A stretch of 64,000 nucleotides of DNA from Octopus vulgaris. Lineage: Eukaryota. Below the pieces are notes generated by a model. It was not told the DNA's origin. It did not search any database and was given only the letters and a program-made list of their open reading frames with translations. Positions 37,501-50,698 of the stretch are shown piece after piece. A program made the translations under genes and the position numbers. Positions within the stretch are counted from its first letter, which is position 1, and each line of letters opens with the position of its first letter. Location of the stretch: positions 744,001-808,000 of the forward strand of contig OX597841.1 in the NCBI GenBank assembly GCA_951406725.2, written 5' to 3'.

Positions 37501-38430
37501 TCTGCACGGCAAATATGTGACCCGCAGCAAACAAGCTGATGTTGACCAGAAGCAAACCCATCAGTGGCTACGGAGCTCAGGGCTAAAAGCAGAGAGCGAA
37601 GGTTTCATCCTGGCTGCTCAAGATCAAAGCCTATTAACCCGGAACTACCAGGCCAATGTGATGAAAAATGGAGCAGACCCAAAATGCCGATTCTGCAACG
37701 ACATGATTGAAACAGTGGACCACCTAATCTCTGGATGTAAAGTCTTAGCACCAGTGGAGTATAAATTAAGACATGACAGAGTTGGCCAATATCTACACTG
37801 GCTAATAAGTCGGCATTACAATATCAAAACTGCCGACAAGTGGTATAATCACCACCCTGAGGCTGTAACTGAAGGAGAAAATGTAACCATTCTGTGGGAC
37901 TTTCCAGTACATACAGACCGAACCATCAAGGCCAATAAACCAGATATTGTTGTGAAAGACCAAAACAATAAAGTTTGCTTATTGATCGACATGAGCATCC
38001 CCTGTGATCATAATATCTCAGCGAAAGAGTTTGACAAGCTCAGAAAATATAAAGACCTACTCATTGAAATTGAGAAAATGTGGCATCTCAAGGCGGTTAC
38101 AATACCAGTGATCGCAGGAGCACTAGGAATGATCAAGAAGGGAACCGAAAATTATATGAGAATGATCCCTGGCTTACCATCCCTGCAAGAAGTGCAAAAG
38201 ATTGTCTTAACTGGTACATCACACGTATTGAGAAGAGCATTGTCGATGTGAGAACTGTTGCTGCTCATGTATTTTAATTTAAATTAAAAAAAAAAAAAAA
38301 AAAAAAAACGAACGAACTACTGAGTTTGGTTTAATGGCCTACCATTGTATACTATGAGTTTCTTTGCCCTAGGAGTCGGGAAGATACTCTGCAAGAAATG
38401 GAAGCAAATTTGAAAGAAGAAAAAAAAAAG
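34583..38430 (+). mobile_element. Near full-length R4/Dong-type retrotransposon (second family) in gene C intron 1, frameshifted
   Basis: ORFs 34618-35787 and 35978-38251 are two parts of one RT-CCHC-RLE protein homologous to the 1214-aa ORF. Frameshifts and a stop lie at ~35720-35893. Flanked by (AAT)n on both sides. Confidence 0.9.
35978..38251 (+). CDS. Reverse transcriptase / CCHC / RLE endonuclease portion of R4/Dong element
   Basis: NYRPITCL, IDYKKAFD, QGDSLSP, YMDD, CRFC..HLISGC, RHD, KPDIV motifs. Confidence 0.8.
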   Translation: MKAHNWKSPGKDRVPNFWLASLPCAHGKLVQLLNGIMRDPKKTPEWLASGITYLLPKNNETNLPKNYRPITCLSTTYKIVTSILAEKTYAFMEKNDIFPIEQKGCRRGSYGCKDQLLINRMILENCHNKRRNLSTAWIDYKKAFDSIPHPWILRSLDIFKISPVISNFLKHNMSLWNTNLQLYHSNGVLASENININCGIFQGDSLSPLIFCIALIPLTSELNRTGYGYKIANKKISHLFYMDDLKLYGKDNNELEGLLRTVKAFSDDIGMEFGLEKCAKATFQKGKVKTTNSVVLDVDTVIRELEQEQTYKYLGINEGSGIQHASMKEKIRKECYRRVRAVLKSELNARNKVLAINSLAVTVVTYSYNVLNWNMSEVKNIDRKIRKLLSCNRMHHPKADVDRLYLPRAQEGRGLIQFELAYKTTTIGLAKYLEISNDWMLKLVENHERRKKLHSIIKESKKFAIDLVQDTQTEQPEGSTATIVAKKVKMMAMKKAHEQLADRWEEKPLHGKYVTRSKQADVDQKQTHQWLRSSGLKAESEGFILAAQDQSLLTRNYQANVMKNGADPKCRFCNDMIETVDHLISGCKVLAPVEYKLRHDRVGQYLHWLISRHYNIKTADKWYNHHPEAVTEGENVTILWDFPVHTDRTIKANKPDIVVKDQNNKVCLLIDMSIPCDHNISAKEFDKLRKYKDLLIEIEKMWHLKAVTIPVIAGALGMIKKGTENYMRMIPGLPSLQEVQKIVLTGTSHVLRRALSM

Positions 38431-38467
38431 TAATAATAATAATAATAATAAATAAATAAATAAAGAA

Positions 38468-40033
38468 AGAAATAGATATGAAATTTGGATTAGAAAAATG
38501 CGCCAAAGTAACCATGAAAAGAGGAAAACTAGTTAAGAGTAACAACACCACACTAGATAAAACCAATGAAATAAAATAATTAGACCAAAGCCAAACTTAC
38601 AAATACTTAGGAATCCGTGAACTAGATAAGACACAACACACACAAATGAAAGAGAAAATAAAAAAAGAATATTATAGACGAGTAAGATCAATACTAAAAA
38701 CAGAGCTCAATGCTAAAAACTAGATAATAGGTATCAACACTTTAGCTGTCCCAGTTATAAGTTACAGCTACAATATCCTTAACTGGACACGAAATGAACT
38801 GTCCAAAATAGATAGGAAAACAAGAAAAATACTGACAGGATCTAGGATGCATCACCCAAAATCTGACATAGAAAGACTATATATACAATGTATAGAAGGT
38901 GGTAGAGGCCTTATACAGCTGGAAAACTACTATAAAATAACCACCATAGGACTGCAAAAATACCTACTTCAGAAGGAAGGAAAATTGATCCAGATAGCAG
39001 CAAAACACGAGCAAAACAAAAAACTGTTCTCAGTATTTAAGGAAGCTGACAAATACAAACAAGAAATCATACCACCTAATAAACACAAAGAAGAAGATGA
39101 AGAAACAACAAAAGCTATAAAACAAATGAAATCCAAACTAAAAATAGAACAGCAACGAGCCATGATAAAACGATGGCAAGAAAAGCCCCTTCATGGTAAA
39201 TACTGCACTAAACTAAACGCAAAAGAAATAGACAAAGAAAAATCCCAGCAATGGTTGAGAAGCTCAGGACTCAAAGCAGAAACAGAGGGATTTTTAATTG
39301 CAGCACAAGACCAAAGCCTCCCCACCAGAAATTACCAAAAACATGTAATGAAAAGAAATATTACAAGTAACTGCAGAATATGTGGAGATGGACAAGAAAC
39401 AATAAATCATATTATCTCTAGCTGCCCAGTCCTGGCTAAGAAGGAATATATTCACAGACATGACAGAGTTGGAACCTACATACATTGGAAGCTATGCCAA
39501 CATTATGGAATAACAACAGAAAAAAGGTGGTATAGACACACACCAGAAAAGGTCACAGAAAACGAGAAAGCAACCATACTCTGGGATATGCCGATACACA
39601 CAGATAGAGAAATTAAGGCCAACAGACCAGATATAGTTGTCAGAGATCATGAAGAAAAAAATGCTTTCTAATTGATGTATCAATACCGGCAGATGACAAC
39701 GTGTCTCTAAAAGAAATGGAGAAACTCTCAAAATACAAAGACCTGGAAACAGAGGTAACTAGAATGTGGAATCTGAAAACAGAAACAATTCCTATCATAG
39801 TAGGTGCATTAGGCATGATAAAAAATATTCAGACAAATACATAACAAAAACACCAGGACTTACAAACACATATAACATACAGAAAATTGCACTACTAGGC
39901 ACTGCACACATCCTACGCAGAACACTTTCCATACAATAACCATCAGAGCATCACAACAAATCACAGCACATACCCAAGGCACACAGAGCTGCGCTCGGTA
40001 GTGAAGTGAAAGCACGCTATAAAAATAAAACTA

Positions 40034-40036
<3 letters not shown>
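38468..40036 (+). mobile_element. 5'-truncated R4/Dong-type element (third family)
   Basis: Starts within RT (MKFGLEKCAK), has stops and frameshifts, CRIC..HIISSC, RPDIVV. The 3' UTR ends ...AAAACTACTG followed by (AAT)n. Confidence 0.88.
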
Positions 40037-40066
<30 letters not shown>

Positions 40067-40074
40067 TCACTTAC

Positions 40075-40405
40075 TTCTGTAGAAGGAAATCTCGTTGCTG
40101 TCATTCGTGCTGACAACTGTCATGATATTTTTCGGTGAGTAATTCTTACAAACATGGCTGACATTGTTGTAAGTGAAGAATTCCGATTGGCTGCTTAGAG
40201 AAATTGCGACACATTTCAGTAGACATCTAGTGGAGAAGAATTGTTCTGTCGGAGGTTCCTGAAGGTAACGGTAGGAATACCCAGGAGCCAAAGATCTGTA
40301 GCTGCCTGTATAAAATTGCTGGTTTGAGGTAACGGTCAGAATTGTAGTAAGGGTTAATAGCAGCACTGTGGTCACGGTTGGAATGGTTGAAGGAAACTGG
40401 AACAT
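40075..40405 (-). pseudogene. Gene C exon 1 (intact signal peptide plus PAN-like exon) of a probable pseudogene paralog
   Basis: MFQFPSTIPTVTTVLLLTLTTILTVTSNQQF...CKNYSPKNIMTVVSTNDSNEISFYR with a minus-strand GTAAGT donor at 40074-40069. Downstream exons are damaged or missing. Confidence 0.75.
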
Positions 40406-42234
40406 CTTGGCTCTAGAATCAGAAGAGGACTGCGTTGATAAATAGAGAGATAGAAATAGGGAGAAATATGGAGAAATCGACGATGGTATAAGGAGAGAGA
40501 GAAAGAGGAAGGGATAAGGGGGAGATGTAAAAAGAATGACTAACAGATTAAAGAGAGTGAGAGTCATCAGAGAGAGAGAGAGAGAGTAGTAGAGGAGAGC
40601 ATAGAATAGAGAGGGGAAGAGAATAGGTACGAGATAGCTAGAAATAGATAGTAATACAGAGAAGGGACGAGATAAAGGAAGAGATGAAGTGCAAGAGATA
40701 CATTTGTCAGGGGAAATGAAAGGAGAAAAAGCTAATAGAGAATATCTGAATAAAAAAACCGGATGGTCACGGCTGGAATATATTTGACTGAAGAACCGTT
40801 TGATCAGACCTGGCGCATAATGATGTCGCTAACAACAACAAACAAACAAACACACAAACGAAAACAACAACATGATAATACATTCATAACAAGCGTATTT
40901 TTGAGTATATGGTGTGATGGCCACGGTCGAAACGGCTTTGATCATAGATCTGCTTAATCGTTACTGACCAAGTGTTAAACAGCAAGAAATATCCTCGCTC
41001 GCTTCTCCAAACAAACACATCATAAAGTCTGACTCAAGCCTCCAGGCCGGAGCTTATTCAGGTTGCCAAGCATTAAAGTGGAACCTCCTCCAGCTAACAG
41101 TTGTACTTATTTTCAATAGAGTGGAGAAAATTGAAGTATCTTGCCGAAGGGCTCAATGCACCACCCGATTCAGAAGTCACAATCTTTTGCGCGTGAGTGA
41201 GCTCGAGACGTTAACCGCCACACCACGTACCATAATCCTAAATCTAACAAACTCACGCGCATACGACCATGCATACACACATGCACAGAGGCTCACACAC
41301 ACACACACACACGCACAAATGTAATCTTACCTTTGTTGTGGGTAGAGGCAGTGTTTTGCTATTCGTGGGCAACGAGAGACGTTGTCAGGTCTGTCCACTA
41401 TGACCGTCCAGTAATGTCCTCTCTTCGGATGACCGTCCACTTATGAATATAATGCCACAAAATATGAAGGATGTCCACAAATTCCGCTTTCAGAATTACC
41501 ACAGACGTCACCACTGTCTCTAGATGTCAAGTCAGGACCCTTACGAATGCCAATATTGTTTACTGCATTCAAATGTTACAGAGGCCGACTTATCCTTTTT
41601 TTTCTTTCAGGCTCAGTAAAACAAGTAGTAGCTGAGCAGTGGGGTTCATATGATCAACTAGCCCTTTCCTACAAAATTTCAGATCCTGTGTTTATAGTAG
41701 AAGGAATATTATCTACTGCTTCCAGAATTACCACAGAGGTCGGCACTGTCTCCAGATATCAATCCAGAGTTCCTACAGATAACAATATCACCACTGTCTC
41801 TACAAGTGAAACCGGAGCGAAAGGTTTCGAACTGTTCACTGATAGCAGCACTGCTCGCTACTGTCACCAGTATCTGCAGCTACGACAACTCTATATAATG
41901 GTCAATAACATACGCAGTGAGAACAACACTTCCATTTATGATATTATGCTTTCACCCACACTGAACTAAACTAGTGTCTCACATGAATACGAACAGTCAC
42001 ACTATACTGAGCACATTAGCTTCTTTCAATGGGATGTGTTCGATATTGCTGTTGGTTGTGGCGGTATTGTTGGTGTGTTTGTTGTGATAGTAACGACTGA
42101 TGTAGTGAAGATATGAGTGTGTATATGTTTGTGTGTGTGTGTGTGTTTGTGTGTTGTGTGTGTGTGTTTGTGACTGTGTGTACAGATGTCATATAAAAAT
42201 AAGAGACGGTAGTCAGGACAGGATTTAAATAAAA

Positions 42235-43690
42235 ATCTATTTTCTAAGCACTTTCGCCCTTTCAGGGATTCATCATGAATGATTTCTTATCGGAAATTCA
42301 TAACTTTTATAAAGTGAGTTGAAAAGAACCTGGAGTGAATTTGTTTTCTTGTGTTTGGGAAAGAGGGTGATATAGGGGGAGATATCTGAGATGCCGTTGT
42401 CATTTTGATTCTATAGATATATGTATATATAAGTTTGAGTCCATGTGTGTGTTTGTATGTGTGCATGTACACGTGTGTATGTATGTGTGTATAAGCAGGC
42501 GTGTGCTGTGGCTTTCTGAAAGAGAAAAAGAAGTGTTCTTCTGTGATGGGTGAATTCGATGACAGGTCAAAGGAGTCAAAACTTATTATGAATGAAATTA
42601 AATTTCTTTTAGTTATGGTGTAACTGACAAAATGTTTGGTCGGTTGTTCTGTTGTCGAGCTGAAGGAAATATAATCTATGGAATTATTTGGAAAGGCATT
42701 TAAATGTATGTTTGTGTTTGTGTCTAACCGTATGCATGAAACAAAGTGTGTGAGGCGGGAGAGGTGTTTAAGTGAATTCTTCCAGTTATTTTAATAACAG
42801 TAGTGCTGTGAAAGTAAATTTTTTGTAAGAATATTAAATCTTATATTTTTCACACGTTCACTTTTGATAGAACTTTTCCTGTAAAATATAGTTTCGTTGT
42901 CTTTCAGAGTTTTGAATCATCCCTTGGGCATCGGTAGAAAGGCAAGCAGGATCGTGAATCTGCTGTTTCCGCATATATCTAGACGTTTGCTCAGCGAAAT
43001 CTTACGTAATTCGTTTTGTCGGATGTGCTGTCTGTGGATCCTTGCTCATTGGCAAAGGGAATTGTTGGTTTTGCCAAATAGAATTCTCTTTGCAATTTGG
43101 GAAGGTGATGCAACATATTAGATTATGTGTCTTAGAGTTCATATTCGCATTAATTGGAGGAAGGATCCACTTTAAAATTATGTATGAGAACCAGTCTTGA
43201 AATATTTGAAGTTGTTGTTACTACACATTCCACACCTATTGTCTCCAAAATCCTTCACACAGAATTCTGAATTATCGTCTGCTGCCAATTTTGCCCTTGT
43301 GATCTGTTTTTAAGATTTATTTGGTCGACGTTTGCTATTCCTTATGAGATTTCCATCAACAAAATGTTTCATTTTGGGACATTGGAAAAGTATTGATAAC
43401 TTTGTTCTTATAGCATAGAATATGTTGGTCATTCCTTGGTCAGGTGTGTTGATAATTTGAACAGTATTTTCGTCAAATATTTTCTTAGGTATCATCAGTT
43501 GAATGATATTTAGACTCATTAAAATCCATCGTTTGTTAATTTTAAGGGTGTTTCTGTTTATTTAGGAAAGCTTTAAGTTCATTAAGTCAAATTTGACGTA
43601 TCTTTGAATCTACCATAATTGCCCAAATACGTCTTACGATGCGACATGGAATGTTCCATTTGGTGTGTGAAGGATGGCAGGAGTACAAGT
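42235..43690 (-). mobile_element. Degenerate Penelope-like element (RT C-terminus plus GIY-YIG endonuclease remnant)
   Basis: The minus strand reads NMNSKTHNLICCITFPNCKENSI..KTNNSL..RIHRQHIRQNELRKISLSKRLDIC (GIY-YIG-like pattern) and SKRRPN..KQITRAK, with many stops. Confidence 0.6.
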
Positions 43691-44149
43691 TTAAATAGTA
43701 GTGTGTGTCTGTTATTTATACATATATACCTGTATTGTGTGTATATATGTTCAAATGTATGTATATATGTATTTGTAGAAATATAGATTTGTTTCTATAC
43801 TGAATTTGGTTGTCTTTTCGTTGCCCTAGGAAACACAACTCTTGTAAGTAATGGAAAACATTAAATATTACCAGAAAATCATTTGGAAACTGACAAGATT
43901 AAAATGAAGCCACGAGTATGGATTTTGTAGACATGTTGCTCAGTTTTAAGCCACTTTCAACACATCGATTAAAAGCTAGTATATATGTTGAACGATTTGT
44001 AATAGTGTACTGTATCTAATGGTATGTCGGCACGCGAGCGAAGTATGAAAGCAATATGCATAACTGAAAATGTTGGAGCAAATATTCAGTTCAGAAAATC
44101 GACAGATGAGGTTGGTTGAATTAAATCTTATATTGATTCTCGTTAACAT

Positions 44150-44480
44150 GACTGGCTTTCAGATTAAGAAATTCATGTTTGGGCGGCAGAAAATAATTCA
44201 GTGTTTAGCTCCAGTCTCAACCCGATGCATATTTCTGTTTGGTCCATTTTAGATACGAGGCCCTCGAGCACTTCTCATGCTTCGCTCGGCAACCTGAATG
44301 CAAAACTGCGCCGGGAATGGGCTCGATTCCGCAAAACCTGCTGCGTCCCGCGTGAGAAGCATTCGCACCTAGACTCAGGGATGTGATTCGAAACAGAGGT
44401 GGCCATATCGAATAGATTTGATGTGTTTCATTTACTATCGCATTGCAACACTCATATCTAAAATATAATTGTATTTTGCT
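44150..44480 (+). mobile_element. Tc1/mariner-superfamily transposase C-terminal remnant
   Basis: SLNPMHISVWSIL...LRREWAR...RLRDVIRNRGGHIE*. Confidence 0.65.
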
Positions 44481-45469
44481 GTGGCAAAATTAAAAAATTG
44501 AAAGTCTTAGTTTGGGTCTCCCCATTCACGCACACACACACACTTTCTAATTAGGAAGTATTGCTAATTACCATGATACATATAAATACATGTTTTGTGA
44601 AACTTATTAAAGCAGTTTGTGTTACGGTTGAAATAGAGAGTGTACCGATCCAGAACTATGTTTACTTTTCATCATCCATGGTGATTGATTTGAATGATTT
44701 TCTTTAATGGAAGACTTCGGTCCAGCGACCTTCAACGTTCAGCTTTTATATCTCCACCTACAGAAACACCAACATCACATCACCCCATCACCAGGTATTA
44801 ACACTGCAACATCAGTATCACAAACACCAGAGCTGCATTACTGCTAACATCGGAACGACTTCAACAACTACACAGGTGTATCTTCTGTATGTTTCGTGAA
44901 GCGCATTTCTCTACTCAAGAACTTCTTTCCTTCGTAGTAACAAAGAAGACGTATTGAAAAGTTTGGTGTATTTTCACTCTTCTGGAGAAATACAGGCATA
45001 TTAGTAAACAATATTTATCTGAGTGGTTGGTACTGTGTTTTTTGGTCAATCTGCGTGTTTTGGTAATTTTCGGACAAGTCTAAGTCTGAAGGTGAAATAG
45101 ATAAGAGAACAAAGGACAGACAGCAATGGACAGTTCTGGCATTTATGAAAAGTCCTGATATTTGTAGACTCTACCGTGGTTAATAGAAGAAAGTACTTAC
45201 AATAGAAGACAGGAAGGAGAGCAGAGAGAAGTTGTGCCCTTAATGAACAGTCCTGACAAGAAGTCCTCACGTAACCACCTAAAGTGTAGGGGCGGCTCTA
45301 CACCTCAGTGAAAGTAAGTGGGTTCTTTTCTATCATATTCTGTTATATTTGTACACGTATATATTACGATAAGAAGGTATAGGAAAAAAAAGATCAGTGT
45401 GTCTGCGCACGTGTGTACGTGCATTGTGAAGTGAGCAAGAGTTTGTGATGTTGTTTAATCACTAGATGA

Positions 45470-45568
<99 letters not shown>

Positions 45569-46466
45569 ATTTGTGTATCCGAGCATATGTTACATCGATT
45601 GGAGATGACGTGTTACTAAACAAATGTAACAGAATTAAACTGGATGATGTAGCCATAAATACATTACGACTTAACAAAAGATGAGATGGTCACATTTGGA
45701 ATATTTTGTTAAGTCATAATGTATTTCTGGCTACATCATCCAGTTTGTTAGAGTTGTTGAGTAACAGGTCATCCCCGATCGAGGTAACACATTCATGAAA
45801 CTGATCAACTAAATGCATTTACAATAAAGATTTGCTGTTTTATTTTGATAAAAATACCAGCTGTTCCGGAGCAAAATCGGTGAATGCCGTTCGGCTGTCT
45901 GTACTGTCTCTCACTGACACCCACTCCATCACCGTTTGTTGTTTCACTCTTTTTTCCCCTACCGTGACCGATGGGAAGCACACTGCATCTTATTACTTGT
46001 AAGATACTTACGAAAGAGAGAATAATTTTCTAGTTACTCTGATAGTATGCTGCAGAATATTATTATGGTTTAGGAGGCAACCATCTGCAGCGAATGGAAG
46101 AAATAATCTGATAAATATAATTTGAAATGTTACTTTTCAAAAACCTGCTCTCTAGCTTTACAAAAGGTGATGAATAATGGATCCATAATTAGTTCTAATG
46201 AGGAATAATGTTCCTTGATCACGTGACTGATTTGAAGCATACTGCACTCTCATTTGGTGATCTTTTACTACAAGGTAGACTATAATAACTGGTGAGTGAA
46301 TGCGTGTTACTCAGTTGACCAAGGAAGGCCTACAGGACACAAGACATCCAGCCCTGTACGACTGCTTCTTCCTCTCTGTGAAAGTTGTCTTGCTGGGTTG
46401 GTCGTCGGGTTCCGAGCTTCTGACTTGGCTTTTGGTGCCATGTGTGTCTGTGTGTGTGTGTGTGTC

Positions 46467-46560
<94 letters not shown>

Positions 46561-47419
46561 TGTAGGATTTCTACTCCCACCACATCCTGACAACCAACGT
46601 ATTTTTCTTATTTCCTCGTCATCTAGCAATTCGGCAAAAGATATCGATTGCATATTTGTTGTCCGGGTCTCTCTCTCAAGTATTGAGTGTTCGATAGGAC
46701 TCGAGCCCGGGCAGAATGCTATGGAAGAAAGGTTGTTGTCCATGCTGTGTGTCCCTCATTTCAACGTCACTAATATATCCAAAAGAACAGCCAGGAACGT
46801 TAAAACTTGTTGTCAGCGTCGTCGCAGGATTTGCAAGAGTGAGGCTGCAGATAAAGTCGAACTCCCACACGTTCTCTGATTCCCAAATTTTCCTCCGTGT
46901 TTACACCCGAACACTTTTCCATGGTTCAGAGTTGTTGCAAAGTATCTGAGGTTTGGAATCAGAATTTTATTTCTAGATCGGTTGCCCCATCACCAGGCTA
47001 ATGAGCTCCGTGTCCAACTGAATTACTAAATAACCCATAATTGTTATCCTGACGAGTACTTCTACTCCGGGTCAGAGTAGACCTTGGAGCAACACTGGTT
47101 CAAAGGTGATTCCAGACTCTTCAAAACCCTGGAAATCCCCAACCAGGTCCCCGTACTGAATGCAATTTAAAATCCTTCCCAGGAAATGCGTCTTTATCAA
47201 TGACCATAATTTATTTAAAACATTTTATTTTAAATTGTATTTTATTCCTTTTGCGTTTCTCATCCAAAAATCCTTCCTCTCACGTGCAAACATTTTCCCT
47301 CTTCTCATTGTATCTCTCTCTTCTTTTTCAGGATTTTTCTCTGCTACTTTCTAACTCTTTTCTACTCTCTGCCTTTTTCTTCCCCGATCTCTCCATATAT
47401 ATTCATTCCTACTCTAGAC

Positions 47420-47600
47420 ACAAGGCCTGAAATTTGTGGGGAGGGGCCAGTCACTTAAATCGACTGGTACATAATTTATCGACCCTGAAAGGAGGATCTG
47501 CAAGGTCGAGCTCGGCGGAATTTTAAATCAAACCGTAAAGACAGACGAAATACCGCTAAGAATTTTACCCGGCGTGCTAACGTTCGGGCCAGTACGCCAC
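47420..47600 (-). mobile_element. SINE family 2, diverged copy upstream of gene B exon 1
   Basis: Reverse-complement similarity to 5617-5760. Confidence 0.65.
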
Positions 47601-47735
47601 CATTCCTTCTTTATATATTAAAATTCTTCTTGTCTCATTGCTGAGCTCCTCATATATCTCTCCACTCCATTCTTTCTCTCTTTCATGCCATTTCTTTTTC
47701 TCTTCTATATGCCTCTGATAATCATGGAATCAAGA

Positions 47736-48057
47736 ATGTCCCATTTTACCCGTCCATCTGTTACGAGAGCGCTGTTGTTAACCCTTACAACAATTCTGAC
47801 CGTTACCTCAGGTCAGGAACTTGAGGCCTACTACAAAGCTTTGGATCCTGGTTATTCTTATGGTTATCTTCAGGCAAATCCATCGGAAAAATTCTATAAG
47901 AGAAAAAGTCTACTGGGATGTGCCGGCATCGCTCTAAGCAGCCAATCAGAATTCTTTACTTACAACAAAGTCAGCCATGTTTGTAAGAATTACTCACCGA
48001 AAAATATAATGACAGTCGTCAGCACGAATGACACCAACGAGATTTCATTCTATAAAA
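47736..48057 (+). CDS. Gene B coding exon 1: signal peptide plus PAN/Apple-like module (paralog of A, 290 aa spliced)
   Basis: MSHFTRPSVTRALLLTLTTILTVTSG|QEL... with donor GTAAGA at 48058. An in-frame upstream ATG at 47724 is also possible. Confidence 0.85.
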
Positions 48058-48906
48058 GTAAGAGAAAATCTTTTGTTATAATTACTATTACTATTTATTA
48101 TTGATTCTTCTTCCGGGTAGATATAATTACCAGATGAAAAGTGGAGTCAATGAAATCGACTTACTCTTCTCCTCACGTAATTGCTGGCCTTGTGCCAAAA
48201 ATTGAAATCAATATTATCGTTGTTGTTGTTTGTTGCTGCTCTTGTTGAACCTCCATATCTCTGCTTTCAGTGTCATTGACACTCACCTGTCTTCACTCGC
48301 TACTTTTACGTGTGAATAGATTCTGCGTTTGATTTCTTCGATTTCCAATTCTGTTAAACAACATTTCCTTTTTATGTTTTTCTTGCTCAATTAGTCTCTG
48401 TCAACTTACACCAAACATTCTCTTTTCAAACCATATCTCTCTCATTCTTTCCAATGTAATCAAATCTGCTAGTTTCACTTCGGATGTATATATTCCATCA
48501 CAGTTGCATTCCATCTTTCCTCCTTAATTACCCACCGTTGTCGCTAGGCGGCGTCCGGGTCTAACCTTCCAGGCGAGAGATCTTCACCTCCATCAGTTCC
48601 AATGTCATTCACACCGTTGTTCAAAGCATTTGTATTTGACATTTTTGCCCACAGTGAAGTTGCGGGAATGAGGTGATACAACCACCGATATTTTTTGAGA
48701 CGTCATCTTTATAGGAATTACCTAAACCCCGTCGGATGCCAGCCTGGTATTTCAGGGTCACCGAGAAGGCTCACAGGTACGACAACTTGATCATAGGTAC
48801 CATGAAAGTAATTATCGTTTAGAGTAACCTCATTATACCAATGTCGAGACACCACAAACAAGTACAGTTTCACATCATACCCAGGATTGTCGTTATTATT
48901 ATTATT

Positions 48907-49984
48907 CAATAGTCTTAATTTTATAGCGTGCTTTCACTTCACTACCGAGCGCAGCTCTGTGTGCGTTGGGTATTTGCTATGGTTTGCTGTGATGCCCTAA
49001 TAGTTATTGTATTGAAAGTGTTTTGCGTAGGAAGTGAGCAGTGCCTAGTAGTGCTGTTTTCTGTATGTTATATGTGTTTGTAAGTCCTGGTGTTTTTGTT
49101 ATGTAGGGTCTTTTCTTGCCATCGTTTTATCATGAACCGTTGCTGTTCTAGTTTTAGTTTGGATTTCATTTATTTTACAGCTTTTGTTGTTTCTTCTTTT
49201 TCGTCATAGCTGTTTGGCAGTGTGACTTCTTGTTTATATTCGTCAGCTTCCTTAAAAACTGGAAACAGTTTTTTGTTTTGTTTTGTCTGTGTTTTGTGGC
49301 TATTTGTATTAGTTGTCCTTGCACCTGAAGTAGGTATTTTTGTATTCCTATGGTGATTATTTTGTAGCAGTTTTTTCGCTGTATACGTTCTCTACCACCT
49401 CATATAGGTTGTATATATAACCTTTCTATGTCAGACTTTGGGTGGTGCATCCTAAATTCTGTCATTATTTTTCTTATTTTTCCGTCCATTTTGATTAGTT
49501 CATTTAGAATCCAATTAAGAATATTGTAGCTGCCATTCATACCTGGGATGGCTAGAGTATTGTTACCTATTATCTTGTTTTTCACATCGAGCTCTGTTTT
49601 CAGTATTAATCTAACTCATCCACAGTATTTCATATCAATTTCTCTTTCATTTGTGTGTGTTGTATTGTATCTAGTTCATTGATTCATAAACATTTGTATG
49701 CCTGGCTTTGATCTATTTCTCTTCTTTTGCTTTGTCTAGTGTGATGTTGCTAGGCTTCTTAACTAGTTTTCCTTTTTCCAAAGTTGCTTTGACACGTTTT
49801 TCTAATTCAAATTTCATATTTATCTCTTTAGTAAACCCATGTGCTATTTGTAGTAATGTTCCCAGCAGTTTATAATTTGTAGCTCACAGTTTTAAATCAT
49901 CCATATAAGAGGTGGCTGTTTGTTTTACGGTAACAATTGTATCCCCATCCGGTTCTGTTTAGCATGTCAGATAAAGGTGTCAGT
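48907..49984 (-). mobile_element. Degenerate, internally deleted copy of the third R4/Dong family in gene B intron 1
   Basis: Same 3' UTR as 39950-40036 (GCGCTCGGTAGTGAAGTGAAAGCACGCTATAAAA). Carries MHHPKSDIERLY and LTPLSDMLNRTG..HLLY remnants. Flanked by TTA repeats. Confidence 0.85.
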
Positions 49985-50141
49985 ATTATTATCATCATCA
50001 TTATTATTATTATTATTATAATTATTACTATTATTATTATTATTATTATTATTAATATTGTTGTTGTTATCATTATTATTATTATTATTATTGTTATTGT
50101 TATTATTATTATAATTATTATTATTAATATTGTTGTTGTTG

Positions 50142-50178
<37 letters not shown>

Positions 50179-50351
50179 CATTAATATTGTTGTCATTATT
50201 ATTATTATTATAATTATTATTATTAATATTCTTGTTGTTGTTATCATTATTATTATTATTATTATTATTATTAATATTGTTGTTGTTGTTATCATTATTA
50301 TTATTATTATTATTATTGTTATTGTTATTATTATTATTATTATTGTTGTTG

Positions 50352-50388
<37 letters not shown>

Positions 50389-50426
50389 TGTTGTTGTTAT
50401 CATTATTATTATTATTATTATTGTTA

Positions 50427-50461
<35 letters not shown>

Positions 50462-50512
50462 ATTGTTGTTGTTGTCATTATTATTATTATTATTATTATG
50501 ATTCTTATTACT
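49985..50512. repeat. Compound (TTA/TTG)n array directly upstream of the gene B exon 2 acceptor
   Basis: Seen directly. Confidence 0.9.
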
Positions 50513-50519
50513 ATTTCAG

Positions 50520-50698
50520 ACAGCCAATGGATCAAAGCATATGCCCTGTCAATGGGCGCTGGTACCGACGTCTATCATTCATTTATAAATAAAGGAGATT
50601 CTTCAACCTGGAACGTGGACAAATGCAATGGTGCCTTTTGTCCTAACTTCTTCCGACATCCTATTCTCGATTTCTGGAGTCATCTTATAATTGATGAG
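50520..50698 (+). CDS. Gene B exon 2 (SQWIKAYALSMGAGTDVYHSF...ILDFWSHLIIDE)
   Basis: TTTCAG/GTACGT boundaries, 179 nt, open frame. Confidence 0.85.

Noticed and set aside
41547-41969. 140-aa ORF upstream of gene C
   Set aside because: No recognisable domain or paralog support. It contains a short local duplication (CAGAATTACCACAGA at ~41491 and ~41723) and is probably non-coding.
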